From NCBI GenBank assembly GCA_965153285.1, contig OZ229115.1: DNA of 64,000 nt; one strand, 5' to 3'. The position numbers and the translations under genes are program-made. The notes beneath the pieces were generated by a model. That model did not search any database, had not been told where the DNA came from, and was given only the letters and a program-made list of their open reading frames with translations. The stretch comes from Podarcis tiliguerta. Lineage: Eukaryota. This document shows positions 52,582-64,000 of the stretch, in pieces. The stretch's first letter is position 1. Every line of letters begins with the position of its first letter.

Positions 52582-53073
52582 TAGCCACCATAGTCATGTT
52601 TAATTTTCAACATAAGAAAAAAAATATTTCTTACAATAAATGGATAGTTTTTAATCACACAGGAGCACACTGCCAGTGCCCCCACCCCACCTTGTGACCT
52701 CAATATACCTAAGTGTTGCCCATGCACCATGTCCAGCCAAGCTGGGCACCAAGTTGATGATGCAATGAAACAAAAGTAACACAGAGAGGTTGGATTTATT
52801 CTAGCCATATTCATTTTCAAAGCAAGCCCTATGATACAGTTCATTCCTGTTTAGACAGCAGTGCAACATACCTGCAGAGGAAGCTTCACATGCTACATAT
52901 AACTCAATGTGGGCAGATTCTTCACATAATCAGCAGGACTGAACAAAAACGCCTTCCCCAGATTCTCCATCATGTCTGACTGAATATTCTTAGAGCAAGG
53001 GGAGGTGTAATCCCTCCAACAATTTTGTTGGGGTCAAACAATAAAATGGGGGGGTCACAGTTGGATGAATATA

Positions 53074-53213
53074 ATAGAACCACAGAATCACAGAGTTGGA
53101 AGGGACAACAAGACAACAAGAGCCATCTAGTCGAATCCCCTGCAATGAAGGAATCTTTTTGTCCAACATCAGGCTCAAACCCATGACCCTCATGCTGTAC
53201 CCACTGAGCTATA
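53074..53213 (-). mobile_element. tRNA-Lys/CR1-tail SINE
   Basis: agaatcacagagttggaaggg...catctagtc.aa.cccctgcaatg.aggaatcttttt...cactgagctat; same family as 4836. Confidence 0.75.
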
Positions 53214-54400
53214 TAAGTGGATGGCAGGAAGCAATGGACTAAGAGAGAATGGAAAGGAGTAGGGGCCAAGCCCATTGCTTCCTTAAATATATTTTTAGGT
53301 TGGATCCACAGTTGTGCTCAGAATTCCCCACCATACTGCCAGGCCCATTGAATCTAATATTTGGAGAGTGTGGGCTAGAATTCTCCAATAGTTGCGGAAG
53401 GGAACCAGAAAAGAGAAACTTCTCAGAACCTTATTCTCAGGCAAATTTTAGCTCGGCGTATTTATCAGGGACTTTGAAAATGTAATTAAAGCTACTTACT
53501 TCTACAACTGTAATGAAGAACAAAAAGTCTCTGTTTACATCTACACAGTTGAAAAACCAGAGACTTTACGTCTACTTTTACAAGTTTTCTGTAGAGAAAA
53601 AAAAAAACAGAGCACAAGCAATAATACATTTATCACCATTCCCTGACCCTGCATTCCTCAATCACACAGGAATCCTTCTATATTGCTTTTCTTCAATGGC
53701 ACCTTTGGCCGAGTAAGGAATTTAGAACTGGGCCTTTCTGTTGTATAAACATTCAAACTCACCATAAGTATCTGATGCAGAATTTGCTTGCCACAGTCAT
53801 AAGATTTGTGGGGTTGTTTTTAAAAGGCTTTTTGAAGCTGCTGCTTTTCTTTTAACTTTCTGAACATATTCATTTGAGAATCTTTTCTTTTCTTGACAGG
53901 GGATAGAAATTTAAAGTAAATTCATATATATCGTAATTTTTATCTGACATATTGGGAGGCGGACTTCTTTCAATATGGAAAATGCACAATTAAGAGTTAG
54001 AGAATCTAAAAAGAGTCCCAGTTATAGTCCTAAGCTTTCACACAAAAGCAGCAGTTTTGGCTTTAGGGAACTTAAAAGTTTTCATAAAACAGCAGATCAT
54101 CCTGGGAAGAATAAAGGCCGCTTTACAGATGATATTGTTAATACACTGAGATCATCTGCGCAGAGGAAACAAAACATGCAAATTATAAGTAGCAAGAGTA
54201 TCTATTTGTTTTAAATGGAAAAAACTTGTATGTGTGTTATTATCTAACAACAAAGTTGAAAGATAATGATCTCCAATTAAATTGTGATAATAAAAAAGAG
54301 TCAACCTTAATATACACACAAAAAGTTGATAACTCAAATGCCTGGGGGTAAAGCAAAGTTTTAACTCCAACATCTAAATGCGCAAAGTGTTGGCACATAG

Positions 54401-54563
54401 CTGTATTTTTCCATTTATAAGACTAGGGTTTCTTTCTTAATAAATTATGTCAAAAATTAGGGGGCGTCTTACACATGGATAGTGCTGAGGCCATTTTCTT
54501 AAATCTGAGTCCCCAAAAATAGGGGGTGTCTTATACATGAGGGCGTCTTATAGACGGAATTAT
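54401..54563. mobile_element. Tc2-like MITE, second copy
   Basis: Collinear with 19783-19950 (attttcttaaatc.gagtcc..caaaataggggg.gtcttatac). Confidence 0.7.
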
Positions 54564-54564
54564 A

Positions 54565-54815
54565 TTGGAGTTGGAACTCCACAGTCAAGGTGCTACCACA
54601 GAGATGGCTGCGTCCCCAGAAGCCTCTAACTTCACTTCTAAAGGGGGGAAAGCAGAAGACCTTAATAAATTGGCAGGTTCATATGGAAACAGGTGGTCCT
54701 GCAGATACTCTGGTCCCAGACCATTACAGCTTTATGGATCAGAACCAGCGCTTTCAATTGGCTCAGAAATCAGCTGGAAGCCAACACAAATCTTTTAAGC
54801 AATGGTGAAATATTG
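54565..54815 (-). mobile_element. L2 ORF2 C-terminal fragment
   Basis: The minus strand gives a decayed ISPLLKDLCWLPADF*ANLK-LVLIHKA..GLGPEYLQDHLFPYEP-like sequence, typical of L2. Confidence 0.6.
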
Positions 54816-54829
54816 TCAGGCCTACTATT

Positions 54830-54939
54830 TTGGGGAAGTTTTTAATGTCTGATGCTGTACTGTTTTTAATATTCAGTTGGAAGCCGCCCAGAGTGGCTGG
54901 GGAAACCCAGCCAGATGGGCAGGGTATAAATAATAAATT

Positions 54940-54991
<52 letters not shown>

Positions 54992-54995
54992 TGTT
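54830..54995 (+). mobile_element. L2 3' tail ending in a (TTG)n microsatellite
   Basis: ggggaagtttttaatg...gttggaagccgcccagagtggctggggaaacccagccagatgggcagggtataaataataaatta, then (ttg) x ~16. Confidence 0.8.
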
Positions 54996-55269
54996 ACAAG
55001 ATAAGCTGGCATGGAAGCACCGAGTGCCAATGTAAGAACCAATATTCAGGCCATAAGCAGCAACTTGCTTGGTTTCCTGTGGTGAGTTACTACCGCCTCC
55101 AGTTAAAAATATGAGGGGAAGCTTTGTTATATCAGAAGTGAGTTCTTTTACTTATTTTGGCTACTACTGTAATGTATGGACAAGCGGACTAATAGACATT
55201 TTGCAGGCTAATCACATTTTTGCTTATTTGCAAGGTCACTCTCAATATATAGAGACCTAATAACAAGAA

Positions 55270-55455
55270 CATAGCATTTATATGTCAACTTTTCAGTGTT
55301 CAAAGTACTTCACATAGCCCAGTAATCCTCACAAGAATCCTGTAAGGTAGGCTAGAATTATTGGCAGTGTTTGCAGTATATTGCATACTGAGTGCTAAGA
55401 TTGAGAGACTAGTTGCTTGTCTAAGTGACTTTGTGGGTAAGGTGCCATTTGAACA
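55270..55455 (-). mobile_element. MIR/CORE-type SINE remnant
   Basis: tagcatttatat...ttcaaagtacttcacat...taatcctcacaagaatcctgtaaggtagg. Confidence 0.5.
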
Positions 55456-57030
55456 AGAACTTAATATTGATTTTTGCATGCCATTCAAATAGCCTTTTTG
55501 GCTAAAGGGAATGGTATGAATGCCATAAATAAACAAACTTCTTGGACCATGGCTTACATTATTGGCTACCACACTATGCCAGCTCTCAACAGATAATTCC
55601 AAACAAACAACTGGACGATACCCCAGAGCACAGCAAATGGCGTTTAACTGGGTATTCATGTAGACATTAGACAAGCCCTACTACAAACATCCCTCTCCTA
55701 TTAAAACGGTAATGCTGGTGTATAACAGGGATTTCAGTGACTGCAAAGAGAAACTGTTGCTGCAGTGCACAAATGTAATAGGAAATCTCATGATGACAAT
55801 GTTGTGTTCAATAAATGCACCACAAAACATTAGTACTTCAAGATGCTTTGAGCTAAACAGTGTTTCTACAGAAAGCTCGAGGGCCATATCAGAAGCACCT
55901 ATTGGCTCCAGGGTATGAAAACACAGAGCTATTGAAATACTATGTCCTTCACTTCTATTTCTACACCCAGTACACAATACACACTACACAACCCTTCCTC
56001 CTGCAGAGTTTCCCTGCCCACCCACTCCTCTGGAAGGAAAAACATTTCAATCATGGAGCTTGAAAGCTTGTTTGGCAAAATCCCACCCTTTTTCGTGTTT
56101 GAGCTCCTGAAGAAACCTCAGAAAATCAGTACCACACACTGTCAAATTCCCTGGGTGTTGTTTTTTTTGGGGGGGATAGAGAAGAGAAGCAATTACTAGG
56201 CCTCACAATATCAGTCTCCTCCAAGCTAGCATTCTCCTTTAATTACAGAAAGCAGAAGCTGGCCCTCCTTCATTCTAAAACCTCAACTAAGGAAGGGCAG
56301 AGTTAGCAATCCCGAACACATCTTTGTCTATTCCCCTTTCTCCCATTCAAACCCCATTGAAACTTTTGCTTCATTCATAACATTCACCTGGAGGAGCTGC
56401 TGAATTCCCTGATTGTCCCACCCATGCAAACAATCCCCTTGCAATGTGTATTCTTTGAGGCTCTCAAAATGTGCAACCTTTGAGGAAAGAACCACCTGTT
56501 AACCTTGTCTACAGCATTGAGCAAAATGACAATGTTTATCACTGTAAGAGCAAAATCCACATACATTGTTCTATATATGTACTTTGGGGGAAGAGAGATT
56601 TTAGAGCCCACGGTAACATCTTTTAAGGGAACAGGCTGAACATGGGCCTCTGGGATACTGCAACTGCAATCCTACTTTCTTTGCACGAAGATGATTTACT
56701 GCACAAGTCCATTTGGCCCATTCTGACTATGTAAATAGCAATTGACAGCAGTGGGATATTTATATTGGTTGCTAGTTACATATTTAACATTTTCTCTTCT
56801 TTCCTCTCTCTCTTTTTAAGATCCTGGTAACAGTGACAACAGCAGCACCTGGTGGCAGTGGTCAGTATTTTGTATGTGCTCCTTTTCATCACCTCTTCTG
56901 GACTCTTTATCAATCAAACTTGAAGTTATTTGCTTTATCAGAGAAACTGACGAAGAACTATTACAGCACACTGTCACTCTCTGTGTGTTGCTTTTCCCCA
57001 GGATTGTTAGAAACAGCACTTTTGCAAAAA

Positions 57031-57066
57031 GATGCATTAACAGCAAGTGATGCATTAACAGCAAGT
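57031..57066. repeat. Exact 18-bp tandem duplication
   Basis: gatgcattaacagcaagt, two copies. Confidence 0.95.
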
Positions 57067-58046
57067 CAACTAACTGCAGCCAAAAACACCTGCCCAGCAT
57101 GTGCAATAATTCCTCCGAGGAGTGTTTTCCCCTTGGCCTACCTATGATCAAAGTTTATGGCAAAGTAGTCATGCTGTAACTTTCCATTTTACTCTAAAGT
57201 TGCTACAGATCTCTTGCATTCACCCCTTTTAATGGCTAATTACAAGTTGTAATGCTTTATATTTCAACTTTCCAGATGAAGAAAAAACACCATGGATTTA
57301 TTTACTTCTGACATTTTTCAATATTTGTAAAAAAAACCAGACAAAATTCCAAAACTCATTTATTTTTCTTTAAAGACTGGTATTAGATATATATTCCAAG
57401 TCATGCAACATGTCTTGTATGTTAGCAGTTGGTTCTTTGATAATAATGAAAATTTAAAATTTATTCCTGCAAGAATAAACAACACTTTGTGTTTTGGAAG
57501 CCATGGTTGTTACATGAATAAAATGATATGAATTTGAAAATACTTGCATTTCGGAAAGAAATTTTCAAATTAGATTTGACAGCCCAGACAGCTGTGGATA
57601 GGCAAACTATAGATTTTGAAATGTTTATATAAAACCATATGCAAATATATCACAATTGCAATAGTCTGAAACTGTGATGAATGTTTAAAGGCACATATCA
57701 GTGTAGGAAGGGGAAAGCTTCAGAATTTAAAACATATCTGTATTAGAAAACTCAATATACCACAAAACAAAACCAACAGACCATGTAGCTTTTGCTCTGC
57801 AACTTCCATTACTTTATAAAATTGCAAGCATCTGATAATATGAAACAAATACATATTCGTGCATGATTAAATAATCCAAAGTTTCAAATTTTTTCATTAA
57901 AATGTTGAAGTTTTGCTGTCCTCAAGCCTGAAATGGATAGTACTCACAGATAAAGACCGACAATATCTGTGCTTTACTCTCTTACTCCTCTCAGTTAAAG
58001 TCATTGGCCAAAACACCATGCACTCTTATATATCTTCTAACAAATT

Positions 58047-58087
<41 letters not shown>

Positions 58088-59109
58088 GCACTTTCTTGCA
58101 GTAGTAAATAGACAAATCTAGGTTAGAAAGATTTTCATGTTGTGCTGTAGATCTTATGAATTATACATAATCCATGGCTCTCAGTTGCATTTAACAGAAG
58201 TAACTGTATTGTGGGGAGGGGGAGGAGAGGGAAGCGGTTGACAACTAAGGGACAAGAACCTGCAGCCTGAGTTAGAGAAATGCAAAAACATAAGGGCTGT
58301 TAAGTTCTAACCACTGCATATAAGGCTAAATCCAGGTGTGCACAGTCTATATCATATATGGATTCCTCTGAGAAAGACATTAAAGAATTGGAGGGGGGGT
58401 TATAATATACTCACCCTAAAGCATTTCTCCCCTAGCCTGTACATTGTCCAACAGAAACCATAGCCAAGCATGCAAGAAAAACATTTCCAACCAAGCAGCC
58501 TCTTGAGCCCATACAATTCCACTCCTCCCCCAAACAAAACACATACACACACACTTTTCTGCGTTCAGATTTTGTTTTTCTCCCCGTCTATAATAATGTT
58601 TACCAAAACTGAGAGGTCTAATCCGGGGTCTGAAGTGACGACGCAACTGATAACCAACTGCCTCTCTCCCACTCCTCTCCCCCCTACCCCACCCTTCCCC
58701 GCATATCCCCCATCCACACTAAACAACCCTCCCCTCCTCTTCTGCTTTTGCTTCGAAGATGGGAAAGAGAACTGCGTCGCAGCTTTCAGGCAAGCAGCCT
58801 GGGTGCTGGGAAACCAAATAGTTTTGAAATTCCCTCCTGCAGGATGCAGCCGCTCTCTTGCTACCTTCCACACTCTTGCTCCCCAGAGGAGGAGGAGGAG
58901 GAGAAGTTTCAGCCTCTTTCGTTTGTTTGTTTTTTCCCCAGTCCCGGTTTTTAAAGCGCTTGCTTCTTTTCCCTTTGCTGCTAGCAAGCAAGCAGGCGAT
59001 CTGGACATGGGACTTTGGGGCGATTTGCGAGAGAGGCAGAAAGCTTTCCCTCCCCAGTTTTTGCGGAGCCTTCGCAACTGGACCAAAGTGCGTGGGGCGG
59101 TGGGGGGGG

Positions 59110-59111
<2 letters not shown>

Positions 59112-59156
<45 letters not shown>
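59112..59156. repeat. (GA)n microsatellite preceded by a G run, ~330 bp into intron 1
   Basis: About 22 GA units. Confidence 0.95.
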
Positions 59157-59159
<3 letters not shown>

Positions 59160-59484
59160 TGCTCAGGGGTGCCATTGAATCAACTCCTTGCGCTGCCCCG
59201 TGCGGGGAGCGCTGACAAGTCCCGCGCAGCGCCGTGCGCGCGCCATCGCTGTTAGCGTGGGGCAAAGGGGGCAGCATCCCAGAGGGGGGAAGAGGAGGAG
59301 GAGGAGGCGCGACGTGGGGGAATTAGGGGAGGTGGGGTGGGGTAGGGGGCTGAGACTTGAGCGCACGTCCTCCTCGGTCGCTTGCATCCTCTCCACCCTT
59401 GCCCGGTCACTTGCGCCCGTCCCTCCTCGCCTCACCCGCCCCCCCCTCGCCGTCCGCCCCCCTCTCATCCCTCCCCCTTGTTAC

Positions 59485-59586
59485 CTTGTTGCAATGGTAA
59501 TAGTCCAGGGGGCCCAAGCAAGTGGGGTCGGCCCCAGGCAAGGAACCAACGGCGGTGGGGGCGGAAGGGTAAAACCTAACGTCCAT
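59485..59586 (-). CDS. TOX2: First coding exon of a TOX-family HMG-box transcription factor, most similar to TOX2 (34 codons, phase-0 intron follows)
   Basis: The minus strand reads ATG GAC GTT AGG TTT... = MDVRFYPSAPTAVGSLPGADPTCLGPLDYYHCNK, followed by the donor AAG|GTAACA. Kozak context is ggcATGG. MDVRxYP is the TOX/TOX2/TOX3 N-terminus; PSAP-AVG-xPGA-P-xL-xLDYYH matches recalled human TOX2 (MDVRLYPSAPAVGARPGAEPAGLAHLDYYHGGK) better than TOX or TOX3. The exon lies in a CpG island. Confidence 0.9.
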
Positions 59587-60547
59587 GCCGGGGCTGCGCG
59601 CTGAGGGGGAGAACGAGGCGGCGGCGGCAGCAGCAGCGGCGAGAGGAGGCTCCAGCGGGCATGGAACCGGCTCCTCCGGCGGCGGCTGCTCTGCCTCTGG
59701 CTCAGGGCGGGCGGGCGGGAGGGGAGGGGAGGAGAGGCGGGGAGAGGGAGAAGGGGAGGGAGCGCAGCCCAGAGCCGGCTCCACTCGCACTCTATTGTTC
59801 CAGGCACCGAGGCGAGGGGGGGGAGAGAGAGAGAGAGCGGAGGAGGATGGGGGGAGGGGAGCGCGCCTGGGACCTGCCTGGGCTGGGCTCCCACAACAAC
59901 CTCTCTCAGGCGGGCGCTGGGACCGCCACAGGGCGGGAGGGTGTCGCCAGCACACCCCGCGCCTGAGAGCGGGCCTGCCCCGAATGCTGACCCACCGAGG
60001 GACGGCGAGGGCCTGGCATGTGCCGAGCGAGCAGAGAGCTGAGCCGCCGCCGCCGCTTTCCTGGCCGCGCTCTCTCGCGGAAGGGGCTTGGGGCAGGTTC
60101 TTCGCCGACGCCCCTCCGGGCTTCTTCTTCTCTTCTCGCTTCCACCCTCCTTCCCAGCCCTCAGGTTAATTCGCGGGAAGGTACCGCCTGGGGCTCTATA
60201 GTCACCCTTGGCCACGGGGGAATGGGTCCCACAGAAAGAAGAGGCGGGGGGCTCTGTAAGGGGGTCGCAGCAGAGGGGCTCGTCCGGGCAGACTTTTCAC
60301 TTTGTGGACCTGCTTGCTCTCCGCAAAACCCTGCGGCAGGAGGGGGGGGCGTCTGGAAGAGCTCCCCTACCGACCCCCCCCCCAAAGTCTCCAGGTATGA
60401 CTTTTGGGCGTGTTTTCGCTCGCACACAAGTGAAGGGCTTGAGCTAAACTCTCAACTTAGGGCTGAGATCCGCTCCCAAAGTAACCAGCACTTTGCCCTA
60501 CCTGAGAAAGACTGGGCTGGGACCTGCCCCCACCCCAAAAAGAAACA

Positions 60548-60800
60548 GAGAAGAGGCAGCTCAAGAGCCGATTTGATAGCCATATTCACATATTTGAAGG
60601 GCTGTCGCAGAGGTGGATTTGTTTTCTGTGCCCACAAGGGGTAAAAGCACAACCCATGTGTTCGAATGGCAAGAAGTTTAGACTAAACACAAGGAGGACC
60701 TTCCTGACTACAAACTGTTCTGCCAGTGGGACAAACTGCCCCAAATGTGGTTGGAGGCTTTTTTGAAGAGGCCGGGTGGCTACCTCTCAGAGATGCTGTA
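60548..60800 (+). mobile_element. CR1 LINE ORF2 C-terminal remnant
   Basis: RADLIAIFTYLKGC (compare CR1 RGDMIAVFKYLKGC), FRLNTRRTFLT, QWDKLP, and the gagatgctgta end. Confidence 0.65.
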
Positions 60801-63182
60801 ATAGTGGTTTCTAGGAAGCATAGAGTGATAAACAACCTGTGTTTGTCCCAATTAACTGTCAAGCAAATCTTCTAAGATCTATCAGAAGGCACTCTTGGCT
60901 AGAACACATAAGTCATTTCAATTTTTGAAGGAAAGTTTCTTCCAGGTAATGTTCTGCCTTGGAGGAATAGGCTCCAAACCACCAATAAATAGTTGACAGC
61001 TTTGTGAAGAGAGGCTTCTGTGATACCTTGATGCTGCTGGGTTAGCTCCTTTGTTTTTTCACATGTGAAAACAGACAATGTGTTAAGCACTGAAGTACAA
61101 GCTGAAGAGCTACACAAAGCTAGCAGAGAAGCGGAATGGGGGTGGGGGGAATAATGATGTTGTATGGAACCCACTCATTATTTCCATTTTCTTATGTTTC
61201 TAGGAATGGAATATAACACGACAACCAAAGTTCAGAAGAAAAAGTGCATGTGGGGTAGACTATTAATGTCCCAAACCAAAAGAAAGAACAGTTTAAAAAT
61301 GGAGTGGACCTGAAATGGTTCCCAACCGATTTCAAATAAAGACTGAATTCAAATAAGACAGGGAAAATACAGGGGGAAAGAATTGCTTGTAGAATGTGGA
61401 ATTAAGAATCTCAGAACATTCACTGTTCAGTTTAGGCTCATCAGAAAATTGTAGAGTCATACTGGGAGGCCTGCACCTAGTAATGGATTTCTACAGGAAG
61501 TGAAAGAGGAAGAAGGTAGTATTGATGAAGTAAGAGCCACATTCTGCAGTTGGATAACCAGCTTTACAATTGGCACGTCCGGGACATTGTTCAGGTTTGT
61601 GTCGTGGTCTTCGCTTCCTCTCCAAGTGTTTCAAAACATTTGTTTTGAGGAACACCACACCAAAAAAATATACTTTGGGAGAAGGTTGTCATTTGAGGAA
61701 AAGCAACAGAATGAATAACCATTTATGGTTGGGTTTATGGCATGAATCATCTAGTGCCTGCATTTTAATTATGAATGGCAGTATTTTATATACCTTGCTA
61801 CGAAAGGACCAGATCATGGTGCTTAGTTATACAGTCCATTCAGGGCATTATGCAGTGTTTGGCTCTGAGGCAACTATGGAAAAGTGAGGTGGGAATGGCT
61901 GAAAGACTTTGGGGCAGTTAATGGGCAAAGATATTGTGGGAAGAGTGTAGGATACTGTTAAACACCACCCCAATCTCCAAGTGATGCGAGATTCCAGGGC
62001 TCCAAGCATCTACCCAGGGTTCATGTTTCCTTTGGAAATGAAGCTGTGGTGTTTTTATGATATATTGTTTATTTACACACATGTACATCCTGAGCCTACA
62101 ATGGAGGGATTCAAAGCATTACACTCCTGTCTCTCCCATTGCTGCAGCTTCCGATACAGGGAGCCCACATTGTGTTCTGAATGCGCACTCCAGCTTGCAA
62201 CATTTTACAGACTGACCCCTTTTACCCATGACTGACATCCTAAAACTTCCTCCTAACAAGAACTCTGGCATTGTCTTTAGATTCATTAGCTCAGAGCTCA
62301 GGGTGGGGCTTCACCCATCTGCTGGCTGGCCGAGAGTCATTGCTTTATCAATCCCTTTCTTGATGGCTCCCTATCTTCTCTTTGTCCTCTTTTAATGATC
62401 CATCTCCCCGGGAGATTTACCTGACACAGGAAGCTGTTTTGACCTGTATTTCAATATGCTAAATCCAGCATCTGGCAGCCCATTTTAATACTCCAAGCAT
62501 TGATTAAATCCTAAAATTTACTAAATCCAGGAATTACGAGCGCCTTGCACCCACAAACTCTAGCACCCAAACTTGTAACAGTATCATGGTGAAGAAATAA
62601 AGCTGAAAGCCTACTAAGAGGAAAATAAATTCTGTCTCATAGATAAGGAAATCAAAATATATACTATTGGACAGCAACAGAGGAAGGCATGGGTGAAATG
62701 GGTGCTTGTTTAGGAAAAGGAAGCCAAAATATATACCATGGGAAGGAGTAGAAGAAGGAACTGGCCGTATCAGTGACAGAAAATATGCAAACAAGGAAAC
62801 CATAGGATTGGTTAAAGGAAGTCCAAATGGCCTTTATTATTCTATGAGATGCTCTGTTTGCCCCCAAAAGGGCTGAATTTTAGGTCTCTCTTTCACAAAC
62901 ACACTCCAGATTAGAGGGTGAAGGGATACTAATCTCAATAACTTGCATCATATTTACTAATTTGTTTCAAGCCTGAACTATCTCATAACTGGGTTAAGGA
63001 CAAGCTGTCATACTTGAAAGTATGTTTCTCATGTTATTGTAACTTCCAAGACATTTCTCACAGGTGAAAGTGTAACGTTCCTCTCTGAAACTGTTAGATT
63101 AATATCTCAATATTAATTTGAAGTAAATTTAAGTCGCTTTGAAGTAAATCTCCTAGAAGTCTTTTCACAATAAGAATGCTTA

Positions 63183-63539
63183 AAGGTAAAGGTACCCCTG
63201 CCCGTACAGTCCAGTCTTGACAGACTCTAGGGTTGTGCGCTCATCTCACTCTAGAGGCCGGGAGCCAGCGCTGTCCGCAGACACTTCCGGGGTCACGTGG
63301 CCAGCATGACAAGCTGCATCTGGCGAGCCAGCGCAGCACACGGAACGCCGTTTACCTTCCCGCTAGTAAGCGGTCCCTATTTATCTACTTGCACCCGGGG
63401 GTGCTTTCGAACTGCTAGGTTGGCAGGCGCTGGGACCAAGCGACGGGAGCGCACGCCGCCGCGGGGATTCGAACCGCCGACCTTTCGATCGGCAAGTCCT
63501 AGGCGCTGAGGCTTTTACCCACAGCACCACCTGGGTCCC
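63183..63539 (-). mobile_element. Sauria SINE, full length (subfamily B)
   Basis: 12-bp TSD taagaatgctta (63171-63182 / 63540-63551); shares diagnostic positions with the 31147 copy. Confidence 0.92.
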
Positions 63540-63792
63540 TAAGAATGCTTAGGATTGTTATTATTTGATTTTCTTGGTGTGGTTGATTTTATACTGCATA
63601 AAGAAGAATTGCCAGTGTAACCACCTTTGTAAAACAGAATTCTAAAAGGATTCTCCCCAACAATTAAGGTGAATGGATTCAGTCTAGGGTGGACAGCATG
63701 ATCCCACTTGTAGTTTCCCTGGATCTATGGTAGTACAGTTGTACCTCGGGTTAAGTACATACCTCTGCTGGTATGTATCCTATTATTTAGTA

Positions 63793-64000
63793 CAGTGGTA
63801 CCTCTGGTTAAGAACTTAATTCGCTTTGGAGGTCCGTTCTTAACCTGAAACTGTTCTTAACCTGAAGCACCACTTTAGCTAATGGGGACTCCTGCTGCAG
63901 CCGTGCTGCTGGAGCACGATTTCTGTTCTCATCCTGAAGCAAAGTTCTTAACCCGAGGTACTATTTCTGGGCTGGGTTAGCGGAGTCTGTAACCTGAAGC
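63793..64000. mobile_element. Tigger/pogo-like MITE running off the window; an orphan TIR-like copy lies at 63736-63758
   Basis: ta|cagtggtacctctggttaagaac terminus; repeated gttcttaacctgaa subterminal motifs. Confidence 0.7.

Larger units (their letters stand above)
1..59484 (-). other. TOX2: Intron 1 of TOX2 (at least 59 kb, continues beyond the left edge)
   Basis: GT donor at 59484-59483 on the minus strand. I found no AG-preceded FDG(D/E)-type exon 2 by eye. The region is AT-rich and repeat-rich. Confidence 0.7.
59030..60430. promoter_or_regulatory. CpG island: promoter, 5' UTR and start of intron 1 of TOX2
   Basis: Abrupt rise in GC and CpG content, GC boxes (e.g. gggcggg repeats ~59706-59719 and ~59931), and GCG/CAG triplet runs at 59617-59641. 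Boundaries are approximate. Confidence 0.85.

Noticed and set aside
1-59484. TOX2 exon 2 (FDG(D/E)... expected on the minus strand)
   Set aside because: Candidate catcaaa/catcgaa sites (e.g. ~1062, 5420, 49724) lack the AG acceptor and the expected peptide. Exon 2 probably lies left of the window, though a by-eye search could miss it.
59407-59955. 182-aa ORF in frame with TOX2 exon 1, suggesting an N-terminal extension
   Set aside because: It starts at a non-ATG codon, is low-complexity, and stop codons are naturally rare in very GC-rich DNA. The family N-terminus is MDVR, and the part after the donor is intron read-through.
58470-60644. Many long overlapping ORFs on both strands (261, 244, 208, 194, 173 aa)
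   Set aside because: Expected artefacts of CpG-island composition and GA/GGA repeats; no recognisable domains.

Overview
This is vertebrate genomic DNA, almost certainly from a squamate and probably a lacertid lizard, judged from its Sauria SINE, Squam3-like SINE, tRNA-Lys/CR1-tail SINE, BovB, L2, RTEX and hAT/Tigger MITE content. The only host coding sequence I can support is the first coding exon of a TOX-family HMG-box gene on the minus strand (59586-59485, MDVRFYPSAPTAVGSLPGADPTCLGPLDYYHCNK, closest to TOX2), which sits in a CpG island (~59030-60430). Everything from 59484 down to 1 appears to be one very large first intron (exon 2 not found), and 60.4-64 kb is upstream flank. Nearly all other ORFs in the track are chance ORFs or transposon remnants. 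I found no convincing new multi-gene system. The best leads are: (i) a 291-bp TSD-flanked element that joins a BovB 5' end directly to a BovB 3' end (a lizard analogue of ruminant Bov-A); (ii) two independent BovB insertions lying tail-to-tail 82 bp apart that could form a ~280-bp intronic hairpin; (iii) an out-of-frame uORF overlapping the TOX2 start codon; (iv) an internally deleted L2; (v) several nested insertions and candidate intronic enhancer modules. Family names come from recalled consensus sequences, not database searches.
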